Below, piece by piece: positions 9,644-23,297 of a stretch of 64,000 nt of DNA. The position numbers were made by a program, and so were the translations under genes. The number at the start of each line of letters is the position of its first letter. The stretch's first letter is position 1. Source of the DNA: Deltaproteobacteria bacterium (GTDB lineage: Bacteria > Myxococcota > JACRCW01); NCBI GenBank assembly GCA_016218805.1, contig JACRCW010000031.1, positions 1 to 64,000 on the forward strand, in the 5' to 3' direction. The notes beneath the pieces were generated by a model. The model worked only from the letters and a program-made list of their open reading frames with translations. It had not been told where the DNA came from and searched no databases.

Positions 9644-12370
9644 TTAGCGCACCAGTGTGGCCGAACCCGTCCCGGTGTTGCCCCAGGTGTCCGTCACCGT
9701 CACCGTGACGTCGTAAGTTCCCGCCGCCAGGTTGCCCGGCAACGGAACACCCGCCCGCGTCACCCGCGCGTTGGCCATCCCGGGGACCGGCTCGCGCGTC
9801 TCCGCCAGGGACACCGGTGCCAGCGTCTCATCCCGTCCCTGCCCCACCAGCCGGACGGTGACCGCCGTCTCCACGACGTCAACGACCGGCTCCAATGCGG
9901 CGGGCACCTCCACCGGGACCTCCGGGTGCCGCGCGCGGAAGCGCCCCTGTGGCCGGCCCGGATCCCCCAGCGCGCCGGGCACCGTGAACGCGGCCCCGGT
10001 GGGATAGGCCAGCGTGGCACTCACGCCGGAGGCGGTGTCCACCACCACGGACAGCGTATCCAACGGGCGCACGGTGAACTCCCGGCTGGTGGCGGTGTAC
10101 GGCTGCCGTCCCGCCGCGCCCGCCTCACGCTGGCAGTGCCCGTCCACGTGGAAGCGGTACGTGCCCGCGGGGAAATCCTTGCCTTCTTCCCACAGCACCA
10201 CCCATTCCCACGCCGCCCCCGCCTGCCGCGTCCTCGTGACCATGCGGCCGCTGCGGTTGTCGTAGCGCGCGTGGGAGCGGAGTTTCACCTCGGCAAACGT
10301 GCCGTCAGTGTTGCGGCGCTCCAGCACCACCAGCGGTGACTGCGGGGCCTCCGCGGACGGGTCCCCGCCCACCCACGCGAACTCCACCTGGTCAAAGCGC
10401 ACCACCTCCGCAGGCACGTCACTGATCACCCGCCCCGCTTCCGCCGCCGGCGTCAGGTCCACCGGAAACGGCTCCTCCACGCGCGGCGTGTAGACGTTGG
10501 GCGGTGCGTCCCCCGCCGCGGTGGCCGCGGCCGCCAGGCGGCCCACGGCTTCGGACGCGCGCGCCACCAGGAAGTCACCCTCGCGCGTGCCCCAGGAGGA
10601 CATGGAGGCTTCATAGCCGCCGCGCAGGCAGGAGAAGGCGTGCGGCGGGTATTCGGACGGCGCCTTGGGGGTGGAGATGCCCGGGAACGGCGGCAGGGGC
10701 AGGTCCAGGGATTCGGGTAACAGATACAAATGGTGGTCCTGCGCGTAGCCCCAGGTGAACGCGTTCAACGGGTCCACGCCGTGCTCCTGCTGCAGCGTGT
10801 GCAGGATCTTCCAGGACAGTTCCATGGACAGCTCCCCCGGCTGCGTGACGACGGAAAGACCGTCAATGTCCAGCGCCGTGATGAGCGAGCGCATCAGCGG
10901 CGTGGGCGGGCGGTTGTACAGGAAGGTGTGCAGGCCCAGGCAGTTGCGGTCCTCCGGCGCCAGGAAGTCCGCCTCCGTCTGCGGGCTGTAGCCCTCAAAG
11001 CAGCGGAACGCGCCATACCGGAAGCGGCCACCAAACGGCGGGTCGTTGGTATTGGCCCATTCGTCCGGCGTGTAGCCCAGGGACTCATAGGTCATCTCAA
11101 AGCGGTGGGACCGCGAAGCGAGATGGACGTCGGCGCGGGTGGTGATGGCCTCAATGGCGGGCATCAGCGTGGCGGCGACAAGTGCACCAGTCCGGTCGTA
11201 CGACTGGGGGACCGCGAAGCCGCCGTTGGACGGCGCCATGGTCCCGGAATTCTGGTTGATGAACAGGGCGGGAACGAACCGGCCGTGCCGCTGCCCCAGC
11301 GCCTCCTCCAGGCCGCGGGCGGCGCCGCCCAGCACGTCGTCCGTCATGTAGTTGGTTTCGTTGTCCGTCCCGTGCATGCCAAAGCTGAACAGCACGGCCA
11401 GCGGCACACCGTCGGTGTCATCCACGCGGATGATCATCACGCGGTTGTCGTCAAACGGCGGGGAGTCCTCGCGGCGATCATGGGCCACCGCGTCATCCGT
11501 GTCCCACGGTTCCACGATGTCCCAGCCCAGGCGCGCGGGCACCGGCTGCGCCAGCGCGCGCAGCACGGCGTCAGCCGTGGAGCGGATGGCGCGGCGATAG
11601 AAGTGGTCGCTGAAGTCACCGGCGCCCAGCAGGCCCAGCGGCAGCAGCGTCTTCTCCGGCAGGGGCCACAGGCGGCCGGGACCGGAGTGCGTATGGGTGG
11701 CGGAGACCACCAGGTGCTCCCGCCAGTCCTGGCCGGTCTCCGCGTCCAGGATCCGGGCAATCTCCTCATGGAAGGACGCGTCAATGAAGATGACCGGCAG
11801 GCGCACAATGAGGAGCGGGTTCTCCCCGTTGTCCAGGAACAACGCGCGCGCCTCCATCCCGTCAAACTGCCCCACGGACGCCTCCATGCCGCCGCCAAAA
11901 CGGCCCGGCGGGCCGAACCGGAGGCCGTAACCGCCCAGCGGGATGCCAATGGGGAGGTCCAGTTCGGCGGCGCCGTAGCCCGCCCGCAGCGCCGTGCGCG
12001 CGCCGCCGGGCGGCGCGGTGGTGACGGGGGTGAACACGCGGCACTCGCCAAAGTCGGTGCAGATGCGCTCGGGACCGCAGTGCTCGTCGCTGCTGCAGGC
12101 GATGCGGCAGCGCTCCAGGTCACACCAGGCGCGCTCCGCCGCCACCGCGTCCTCCACGGACCAGTAGTCCAGGCAGAAGGTCCACTCCTCCTCCGAACTG
12201 CACGTGGGCGCCTCCGCGCAGGCGCCGTTCACGCATGCCTGCGTCTCGCTGCACTCGTGCTGGTACCGGCAGCCGCCACCGCCGTTCCCGCCGCCGCCGG
12301 GACCGCTGCACGCCACCGCCATCCACACCGCGCAGGCCACCACCGGCACGCGCCACGACGTCCGCACCAT
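9644..12370 (-). CDS. Neutral/alkaline ceramidase-like lipoprotein
   Basis: Lipobox MAVAC, Cys-rich repeats, and PLGGYG, SATHTHSGP, FGMHGT, QPGE and GYE motifs. Confidence 0.75.
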   Translation of the reverse strand: MVRTSWRVPVVACAVWMAVACSGPGGGGNGGGGCRYQHECSETQACVNGACAEAPTCSSEEEWTFCLDYWSVEDAVAAERAWCDLERCRIACSSDEHCGPERICTDFGECRVFTPVTTAPPGGARTALRAGYGAAELDLPIGIPLGGYGLRFGPPGRFGGGMEASVGQFDGMEARALFLDNGENPLLIVRLPVIFIDASFHEEIARILDAETGQDWREHLVVSATHTHSGPGRLWPLPEKTLLPLGLLGAGDFSDHFYRRAIRSTADAVLRALAQPVPARLGWDIVEPWDTDDAVAHDRREDSPPFDDNRVMIIRVDDTDGVPLAVLFSFGMHGTDNETNYMTDDVLGGAARGLEEALGQRHGRFVPALFINQNSGTMAPSNGGFAVPQSYDRTGALVAATLMPAIEAITTRADVHLASRSHRFEMTYESLGYTPDEWANTNDPPFGGRFRYGAFRCFEGYSPQTEADFLAPEDRNCLGLHTFLYNRPPTPLMRSLITALDIDGLSVVTQPGELSMELSWKILHTLQQEHGVDPLNAFTWGYAQDHHLYLLPESLDLPLPPFPGISTPKAPSEYPPHAFSCLRGGYEASMSSWGTREGDFLVARASEAVGRLAAAATAAGDAPPNVYTPRVEEPFPVDLTPAAEAGRVISDVPAEVVRFDQVEFAWVGGDPSAEAPQSPLVVLERRNTDGTFAEVKLRSHARYDNRSGRMVTRTRQAGAAWEWVVLWEEGKDFPAGTYRFHVDGHCQREAGAAGRQPYTATSREFTVRPLDTLSVVVDTASGVSATLAYPTGAAFTVPGALGDPGRPQGRFRARHPEVPVEVPAALEPVVDVVETAVTVRLVGQGRDETLAPVSLAETREPVPGMANARVTRAGVPLPGNLAAGTYDVTVTVTDTWGNTGTGSATLVR

Positions 12371-13742
12371 GTACGACCTCCTGGACCGGGGCACCCTAGC
12401 AGACGCTCCGTGGACGGCGACTTGCCAGCGGGCGGCGCCACCGGCACGTTGCCACCGACCCATGACGCAGCAACGCAAGGTCCCCGTAGGCCGCCTGAGC
12501 CGTCTCACCCGCCTGGCGGTGGCGGGCGCGCGCGCGGGCGCATCCGCGGTGTTGCAGGGCGACGGGAAGGCGGCGGCGCAACTGGCGGCGGCCACGCTGG
12601 GTGACCTGCGGGGCGTGGCGGCCAAGCTGGGGCAGATGTTGAGCTACGTGGACGGGATGACGCCGGCAGCGCACTCGGAGCACTACGAGAGCGCCATGCG
12701 GTTCCTGCGCGCGGCGGCGCCGGCGTCACCCTGGGACGAGGTGCAGCGCACGGTGGAACTGGAGCTGGGCGGGCCGTTGGACCGGTTGTTTGCGGAGTTT
12801 GACGCAACGCCCGTTGCCAGCGCGTCGCTGGGGCAGGTGCACCGCGCGCGGCTGCCTGACGGGCGCGAGGTAGCGGTGAAGGTGCAACACGCCGGAATCG
12901 CGCAGGCGGTGGAGGCGGACCTGGGGAACACCGGCGTGCTGGACGGGCTGGTGGCGGCCCTGGGCGGGCGGCGCATCGATTCGCCGGGGATGTTCCGCGA
13001 GTTGCGGCAGCGGCTGCGCGAAGAGCTGGACTACCGGCTGGAAGCGGACCGCCAGGAGGAGTTCCGGCGCCGCTACGCGGTGGATGACCGGGTGGACATT
13101 CCGGAAGTGGTGCGCAGCCACAGCGCGTTGCGGGTGTTCACGACGAGCTTTGCCCGCGGGCTGGACTTTGAGCAGGCGTGCGCGCGGCCCGAAGCGGAGC
13201 GCCACGCGTGGGCGCGGACGCTGTGGCGGTTTGTGTTCCGCGGGAACCTGGTGTTCGGCCTGTTCAACGCGGACCCGCACCCGGGCAACTACCTGTTCCA
13301 TGACGACGGGCGAATCACGTTCCTGGATTTTGGGTGCGTGCAACCCATCAAGCCGGCGCGCCTGGTGCTGTCCCGCGCCATGCACCGCGCCGCCGCCGCG
13401 CGTGACGAGGCCGCGTTCCGCCCGCTGGCCGCGCGCTACGCGGGCACCGTGCCGGGGCGCTACCAGGAGCTGGCGGTGCGCTTCATCCGCGCGTGTTTTG
13501 ATCCCATCTTCCACTCCCCGTTCCGCCTGACGCGCGCCTACTCCGGCAGCCTGTTCACCTCACTGATGGCCATGGCCCGGGAGTCCGCGGGCTACCCCGA
13601 CGACGAGGTCAGCCCCATGCCCGAGGGCCTGCTGTTCATGAACCGCATGAACTTTGGCTTCTACTCCGTGCTGGCGCGGCTGCAGGTGGAGGTGGACTAC
13701 GCGGCAGAGGAGCGCACGTTCCTGGTGGAGGATCACGCGCCC

Positions 13743-17684
<3,942 letters not shown>

Positions 17685-17790
17685 GCGCGGTGGACGCTTC
17701 CCGCGCCGCGCCCCGACGGTGCGCCCTGCGTCGCCTGCCCGTGCATGAGCTCCTGAATAGCAGTGAAGGGTGGCCCGCCAAAAGCGCGGA

Positions 17791-18786
17791 CTACCGGGGT
17801 GCAGCCTGGCGCCGGACGGCGGCCGCCGCCGGGTCCACAAACTTCCCGCCCACACGCACGCCGTAGTGCAGGTGCGGTCCGGTCACGCGTCCGCTGGCTC
17901 CCGTACGCGCGTACGTGGCGCCCGGAGCCACGGCCGCACCGCGCTTCACCTCCGCCTCGGAAAGATGGCAGGCCACGGACTGCACCTGGTGGCCGTGGTC
18001 CAACACCACGTACGTCCCGCTGACCGCGTCCTGGCCCACGTGGAGCACGCGCGCCCCCGCGGGCGCCGCCAGCGGCGTCCCCGTCACCGCGGCCAGGTCC
18101 ACGCCGTCATGGAACTTCTTTTCGCCCGTGACCGGGTGGACGCGCTCCCCAAACGGCGAGGTGATCCGCGTTCCGTTGGGCAGCGGCCATTGCAGGCTCC
18201 ACAACGTTGCCAGGCCCAGCACGCGCTCCACCTCCTCGGCGCGCGCACGGTCCGCGTGCGGCAGGAACGGCGCGTGCACGCTGAGCTCACGCGGCCGCTC
18301 CAGGCCGGCGCTCTCCGCCGCCGCCACCGCGGCCTTCACCCGGTCACCACCCGGATCCCCCAGCGCCACCGCTTCCAGTGCCAGTTCGTCCGGGAGGGAC
18401 TGCCGGGCCTGATGCAAGGCCGCCGTGCACGCCGCGGCGCCACCGCACTTCACCCAGCCCTGCTCCGCCGCACGCGCCAGCGCAGCCTCGTGCGGGGAGC
18501 CGTTGGCCGGCGGCGGCAGCAGCGCGCCCTCCCCCACCCCCGCCCACGCGCTGCCGCGCCCGCCGGAAGCAAACGGGGACAACTCACGCGGCCGCAGCAC
18601 CGCCAGCAACAGCGACCACGCGTCCCCCCCCCCGCGCCGCGCAACGCGCCACGCGGCCGAGCCCGACGCGCCCAACCGCGACGTGGACGGGACGGCCACC
18701 GCCATCATGGCGACGAGGAGCAGCGTGCCCGTGCCGCGCAGCGCGGGGCGGTTCACCGCGCCGGCCGGAAGGGGGCGCACCGTCAT
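17791..18786 (-). CDS. M23 family metallopeptidase
   Basis: RITSPFGERVHPV, HDGVD (HxxxD) and TGPHLHY (HxH) motifs; hydrophobic N-terminal segment. Confidence 0.88.
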   Translation of the reverse strand: MTVRPLPAGAVNRPALRGTGTLLLVAMMAVAVPSTSRLGASGSAAWRVARRGGGDAWSLLLAVLRPRELSPFASGGRGSAWAGVGEGALLPPPANGSPHEAALARAAEQGWVKCGGAAACTAALHQARQSLPDELALEAVALGDPGGDRVKAAVAAAESAGLERPRELSVHAPFLPHADRARAEEVERVLGLATLWSLQWPLPNGTRITSPFGERVHPVTGEKKFHDGVDLAAVTGTPLAAPAGARVLHVGQDAVSGTYVVLDHGHQVQSVACHLSEAEVKRGAAVAPGATYARTGASGRVTGPHLHYGVRVGGKFVDPAAAAVRRQAAPR

Positions 18787-19556
18787 GCCACGACCTCCCC
18801 TGCTGCGGCCGCCACGATGAGAAATGCGCACACCAGGCACAGCAGGCGGCGGGTGCGCGAAGCGCGGGTGGTCCGCGTTGCGTCCACCGCGACCATGGGA
18901 AGCAGCGCGCACACGACGACAAGCCACAGGGTGAACACCGCCGCGGCCAGGCCCACGCCCGTCAGCGCGTTCAGCGGCACGCCCAGGTCACCCGCTGCCG
19001 TGGCCACCACCTGCGCGCGCACAAACCGTGCGAGCGACAGCCCGCCGCCGAGCCCGCAGAACACCACGAGGATGCGTTCCAAGCGCACCCATGCGCTGAG
19101 GCCCAGGAACCAGGACCGCAGGTCGGCCGCCATGCGCGCCGGGGGGCGCAGCACCAGTTCATAGGGATCCGCGTGCCAGGCCAGCGGCAGGAACGCGAAG
19201 AACAACACGCCTTCCACCACCAGGCCCACCAGATGCGTCGCGGCAAGCTTCTCCTGCACATCCACCAGCTCGGTCCACGCCTCCACCACTGCGGCCACGC
19301 GCTTGTCCGACCAATCCCACGCCGATGCCCAGCCGCGCACCAGCCACGCCCCCGTCGCGTCGGCCGCCGCGTCCAGCGTGTCCAGGATGAAGCGGGCACC
19401 GTGCGCCACCGGATCGGCAGCCACGTGCACGGCCAACAGGAGCAGGCCCAGACACGCCAGCAGCGTTCCCACCGGCAGAAGGACTGCCAGCGTGGCCCGT
19501 GCCACCCGCCCGAACGTCCTCACCCACGCCATGCGCCGCTCCGCCTTGCGTGACAA
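18783..19556 (-). CDS. Hypothetical multi-pass membrane protein
   Basis: About 5 hydrophobic segments; 4-nt ATGA-type overlap with the M23 gene. Start uncertain (19556 or 19532). Confidence 0.6.
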   Translation of the reverse strand: MSRKAERRMAWVRTFGRVARATLAVLLPVGTLLACLGLLLLAVHVAADPVAHGARFILDTLDAAADATGAWLVRGWASAWDWSDKRVAAVVEAWTELVDVQEKLAATHLVGLVVEGVLFFAFLPLAWHADPYELVLRPPARMAADLRSWFLGLSAWVRLERILVVFCGLGGGLSLARFVRAQVVATAAGDLGVPLNALTGVGLAAAVFTLWLVVVCALLPMVAVDATRTTRASRTRRLLCLVCAFLIVAAAAGEVVA

Positions 19557-19584
19557 CGCCCCGGTCGCTTGAACGTTCTACGCG

Positions 19585-20472
19585 TCACCGGCGGATCAGC
19601 AGTTCAACCCGCTCGCCGCCGCGCACCGAGTATTTCTGCGCGGCGCTGCCCTGGTTCAACGCCAGCTCCAGCATGCCCAGGCTGTTGACCACCGCCACCT
19701 CCGTGCCCTCCTTCACGGTGGCGTACGTCGGCAACAGCGGGAACATGGCTGTCTGCCCGTTGGCAAACCGCGCCTGCACCACCTTGCGCTGGGCGTCCGC
19801 CGGGTCCGGCTGCGCCACCTTGTCCATCAGGGCGCGCGGGATGTTGGTCAACACGTTGCCAAAGTGGTCCACCAGCAACACCTGCCCCACCGCCGCCGCC
19901 TCCTTCAGCTCCGCGGCAGCCACGGTGAACTGCACCGGGTCCTTGATGACGTTTCCCAACTCAGAGACGTCATGTCCCGCGGACAGCCAGCCCGCGGCGG
20001 GCGCGTAGATGTCCCGGCCGTGAAACGTGGTGGAGCGGGCAATGTCCAGCTTCACGCCCGGGTGCGTGATCTCCCGCGCCTCCACGAGCCCTTGCTCGCG
20101 CAGCACCCAGGTGAACACCCCGTTGTCCGGGCCAACGTACGTGAGGCCCCGCCGCGTCTTGATGGCAATGTTGCGCCGCAGCGTGCCAACGGTGGGGTCC
20201 ACGACGACCACGACGACGCTGCCGGTTGGGAGGAACGCGGTGGCCTGGTGCACAATGAACGCGCTCGACGGAATGTCGAACGCAGGCAGCTCGTGCGTGA
20301 AATCGTGGATGGCCGCCTCCGGGTTCTTCTGCAGCACGGCCGCCTTCAGCGCGCCGACGTAGAACCCGCCGGCACCGTGGTCCGTGAGCAGGCACACCGG
20401 CCGCCGGGCGGGCGCGGCCAGCGCGGGCGCCGTCGTCAGGAACATCAGCAGGGCAAGCAGACAGCAGCGCAT
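19585..20472 (-). CDS. SAM hydrolase / SAM-dependent halogenase family (DUF62) protein with a signal peptide
   Basis: LLTDHG, VVDPTVGTLRR, GPDNG, TFHGRD, VDHFGN and LELALNQGSA motifs. Confidence 0.9.
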   Translation of the reverse strand: MRCCLLALLMFLTTAPALAAPARRPVCLLTDHGAGGFYVGALKAAVLQKNPEAAIHDFTHELPAFDIPSSAFIVHQATAFLPTGSVVVVVVDPTVGTLRRNIAIKTRRGLTYVGPDNGVFTWVLREQGLVEAREITHPGVKLDIARSTTFHGRDIYAPAAGWLSAGHDVSELGNVIKDPVQFTVAAAELKEAAAVGQVLLVDHFGNVLTNIPRALMDKVAQPDPADAQRKVVQARFANGQTAMFPLLPTYATVKEGTEVAVVNSLGMLELALNQGSAAQKYSVRGGERVELLIRR

Positions 20473-20519
20473 TGGCAATCTCCCGGGCACTCAGGCGGGG
20501 AACGCATTATCATGCCCCG

Positions 20520-23198
20520 GTGCGTTCCATCCCGCAGGCCGCGTGTTCCCTCTTGCTGCTTTCATGCCCCAAGCCGGCCCCGGACCAGGGTGCACCGGCC
20601 CCCCCGCTGGATGAACCGCTCGGCGCGGGCCTTGCGCGCTGCGGGCTGGTGACCCGGCCGCGTGAGCTCATAGGCGGCCCGGGCGCATACCTGGAAGTGG
20701 GACGCGGTTGGCGCTGTTACAACCGGCACGTGCGCTTTGGCGGCGCCACGGCGGACGCGGCGGTGGGGCTGGCGTTGTACGGCGGCGCGCTGTTGGACCT
20801 GGACGTCACCCGCGCGGACGAATCCGCCGACGGCGAAGACCAGTTCCGCGAGCTGTTCCCCGCGCCGGGCTTCATGGGCGTGCAGGTGGAGTCCGTGGAG
20901 GTGGTGCACTCCGGCGAGGGCGGTGGTGACGCCGTGGTGCGCGTCCGCGGGCGCACCGCTCCGCTGGGCGTGCTGCCGCAGGTGGTGCTCATTGAGCACC
21001 GGTTTGACGCCGAGGTGGTCACCGACTTTGTGCTGCACCCGGAAGCGCGCCACCTGGAGATCAACACGACGGTGCTGTCCAACGAGGCAGACATGGTCGA
21101 CATCACGCTGGGCGATTTCCTGGCCATGGGCAGCGGGGTGCGCGCGTTCACACCGGAGAGCGGCTTCGGCGAAGCGCCGCTGTTCTCGTCGGCGTCCGTC
21201 TACGCGGGCGTGTCGCCCGGGGTATCCTACGGCTACACCGTCGCCGCCGGTTCGTTCACCATTCCCATCGTGGATGCGGGCGGGACGGCCACGCTGGTGC
21301 GCAGCGACGTGGCGCTGTCGGCGGCGGAGTCGTACACGCGGTTTGTCATCGTGTCAGACCGGGGGCTGGCCGGCGTGCTGGCCGAAGCCGCGCGCATCCG
21401 TGGCGAGGCAACCGGCGCGCTGCACGTGCGGCTCACGCGCGGCGGACAGCCGGTGGGCGGCGTGGTGACGCTGTACCGGGACCCCCTGGGCGAGGACCCA
21501 CGCGCGGTGAACCAGTTGCTGGTGCCCGCGGTGGGCGACACCACCGAAGACGTCCTTCCCGGAACGTACGTGTTGAAAGCGGTCTCTGACGGCACCGCCG
21601 TTTCCGCGGGCATCACCGTCACCGTCGGGGCGGGAGGCACCGCGGAGGCCACCGTGGAACTGGGAGCCACCGCACGCGTCACCGTCGTCGCGCACGAGGT
21701 GGACGCCGCCGGGGCGGACCTGGGGCCGGTGCCCGCCAAGCTGTCCGTCGTCCCGGTGGCGGCACCGGGGATGGACCCGGATACGCGCCCCTCCCCGGGA
21801 CGCGGCCTGGTCCGCTACGTGGTGGCGGCGGACGGCGAGCTGCGCGCCGCCCTGCCGCCCGGGACCTACCGGCTGCTGGCCAGCCGCGGCCCTGAATATT
21901 CGCTGTATTCCACGGAAATCACGCTGGCGGACGGTGATGACTCCGTGCTGGACGCCCCGCTCCGCCGCGTGCTGCCGACTGCCGGCCTCATTTCGGGTGA
22001 ATTCCACCAGCACACGCTGGGCAGCCTGGACGCCAACACGGACCTGGCCACCAAGGTGCTGGAGAATGCCGCTGAGGGCGTGGAGCTGGCCGCGGCCACG
22101 GACCATGACAACGTGAAGGACTACGCGCCGTACGTGGAGCAATTGGGCTTGCGCACGTTCTTCACCGGCTGGGCGGGGAACGAAATCAGCTACAATGGCG
22201 TGGGTCATTTCAACGCCTATCCGCTGGAGATCCCCGCGGACGATCCGTTCCGCGACGTGGGCGCGCGGCTGTGGGCGGGCCGGACGGTGGCCGAACTGTT
22301 TGCGATGTTGCGGGCATTGCCGTCGGATCCCGTCATCCACGTGAGCCACCCGCGCGCCAACAACGGAAAAGGCTACTTTTCCCAGATTCACCTGGACCCC
22401 GTCACCGGCGAGGTCCACGGTCTCTCAGGCTCGCTGGCCGGAGCGGTGCCGCCCGGCACGTTCTCCACGCTGGCGGATGATTTTGATGCCATGGAGGTCA
22501 ACGAGGAGCTGGCGGACCCCGCGCTGCTGGAGCCCGGCACGGAGGCGGAGCTGGAACGCCGCGCGCGGGATGCGCCGACCAGCATTCCGCAGATGGTGGA
22601 CTGGTTCCACCTGCTGCTCACCGGGCACCACGTAGCCGCGCTGGGCAACAGCGATAGCCATGATTTCAACAGCGGCAGCGGCTGGCCGCGCAACTACATC
22701 GTCGTTGGGGACGACCGGCCCGACGCCATCACCCGCGACGAGGTCCGCGCGGCGATCAGGTCCCAGCGCGTGCTGGTGTCCAACGGGCTGCTGGTGACGC
22801 CGCGGACTGCGGGCACGCTGCGCCTCGGCCGCGGGGACCCCGTGACGGCATCCGGGGCCAGCGTTGCCTTTGAGGTCCTGGTGGAGAGCGCGGCCTGGCT
22901 GGGTGGTGGGAGCGAACTGACCATCTTCCGGGATGGCCGCCCGCTGCACCTCGCCAAGAGCGGCGGGGACATCACCATGGACACCACGGGCCCCGCGCGG
23001 CTTGCCCTGCAGCCCACCTGCAACGCCGACGCCTGCCGCGACGCGTACAACGTCACTGTGCCGTTCACACAGGACGGCTGGATTGTCTTTGTGGTGCGTG
23101 GCAGCGGCGACCCGTCACCGGTAGGCCGCGGCAACGTGTGGGCCTACAGCAACCCGGTCTACGTGGATGCCGACGGAAACGGCTGGAACGCGCCGTGA
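20520..23198 (+). CDS. CehA/McbA-like PHP-family metallohydrolase lipoprotein with Ig-like domains
   Basis: Lipobox LLLLSC; SRGPEYS, GEFHQH, ATDHD, GNEIS, GHFNAYP, SHPR, GNSDSH and SNPVYVD motifs. Confidence 0.8.
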   Translation: MRSIPQAACSLLLLSCPKPAPDQGAPAPPLDEPLGAGLARCGLVTRPRELIGGPGAYLEVGRGWRCYNRHVRFGGATADAAVGLALYGGALLDLDVTRADESADGEDQFRELFPAPGFMGVQVESVEVVHSGEGGGDAVVRVRGRTAPLGVLPQVVLIEHRFDAEVVTDFVLHPEARHLEINTTVLSNEADMVDITLGDFLAMGSGVRAFTPESGFGEAPLFSSASVYAGVSPGVSYGYTVAAGSFTIPIVDAGGTATLVRSDVALSAAESYTRFVIVSDRGLAGVLAEAARIRGEATGALHVRLTRGGQPVGGVVTLYRDPLGEDPRAVNQLLVPAVGDTTEDVLPGTYVLKAVSDGTAVSAGITVTVGAGGTAEATVELGATARVTVVAHEVDAAGADLGPVPAKLSVVPVAAPGMDPDTRPSPGRGLVRYVVAADGELRAALPPGTYRLLASRGPEYSLYSTEITLADGDDSVLDAPLRRVLPTAGLISGEFHQHTLGSLDANTDLATKVLENAAEGVELAAATDHDNVKDYAPYVEQLGLRTFFTGWAGNEISYNGVGHFNAYPLEIPADDPFRDVGARLWAGRTVAELFAMLRALPSDPVIHVSHPRANNGKGYFSQIHLDPVTGEVHGLSGSLAGAVPPGTFSTLADDFDAMEVNEELADPALLEPGTEAELERRARDAPTSIPQMVDWFHLLLTGHHVAALGNSDSHDFNSGSGWPRNYIVVGDDRPDAITRDEVRAAIRSQRVLVSNGLLVTPRTAGTLRLGRGDPVTASGASVAFEVLVESAAWLGGGSELTIFRDGRPLHLAKSGGDITMDTTGPARLALQPTCNADACRDAYNVTVPFTQDGWIVFVVRGSGDPSPVGRGNVWAYSNPVYVDADGNGWNAP

Positions 23199-23297
23199 TG
23201 CGCACGCTCTGCAGAACATAGACCCACCGCGCCGCGTGCCCGTGTTCCGGGCTGGCAGGGCCGTTGCACCGTCTCCTCCCGCCATTCCGGAGACGCC

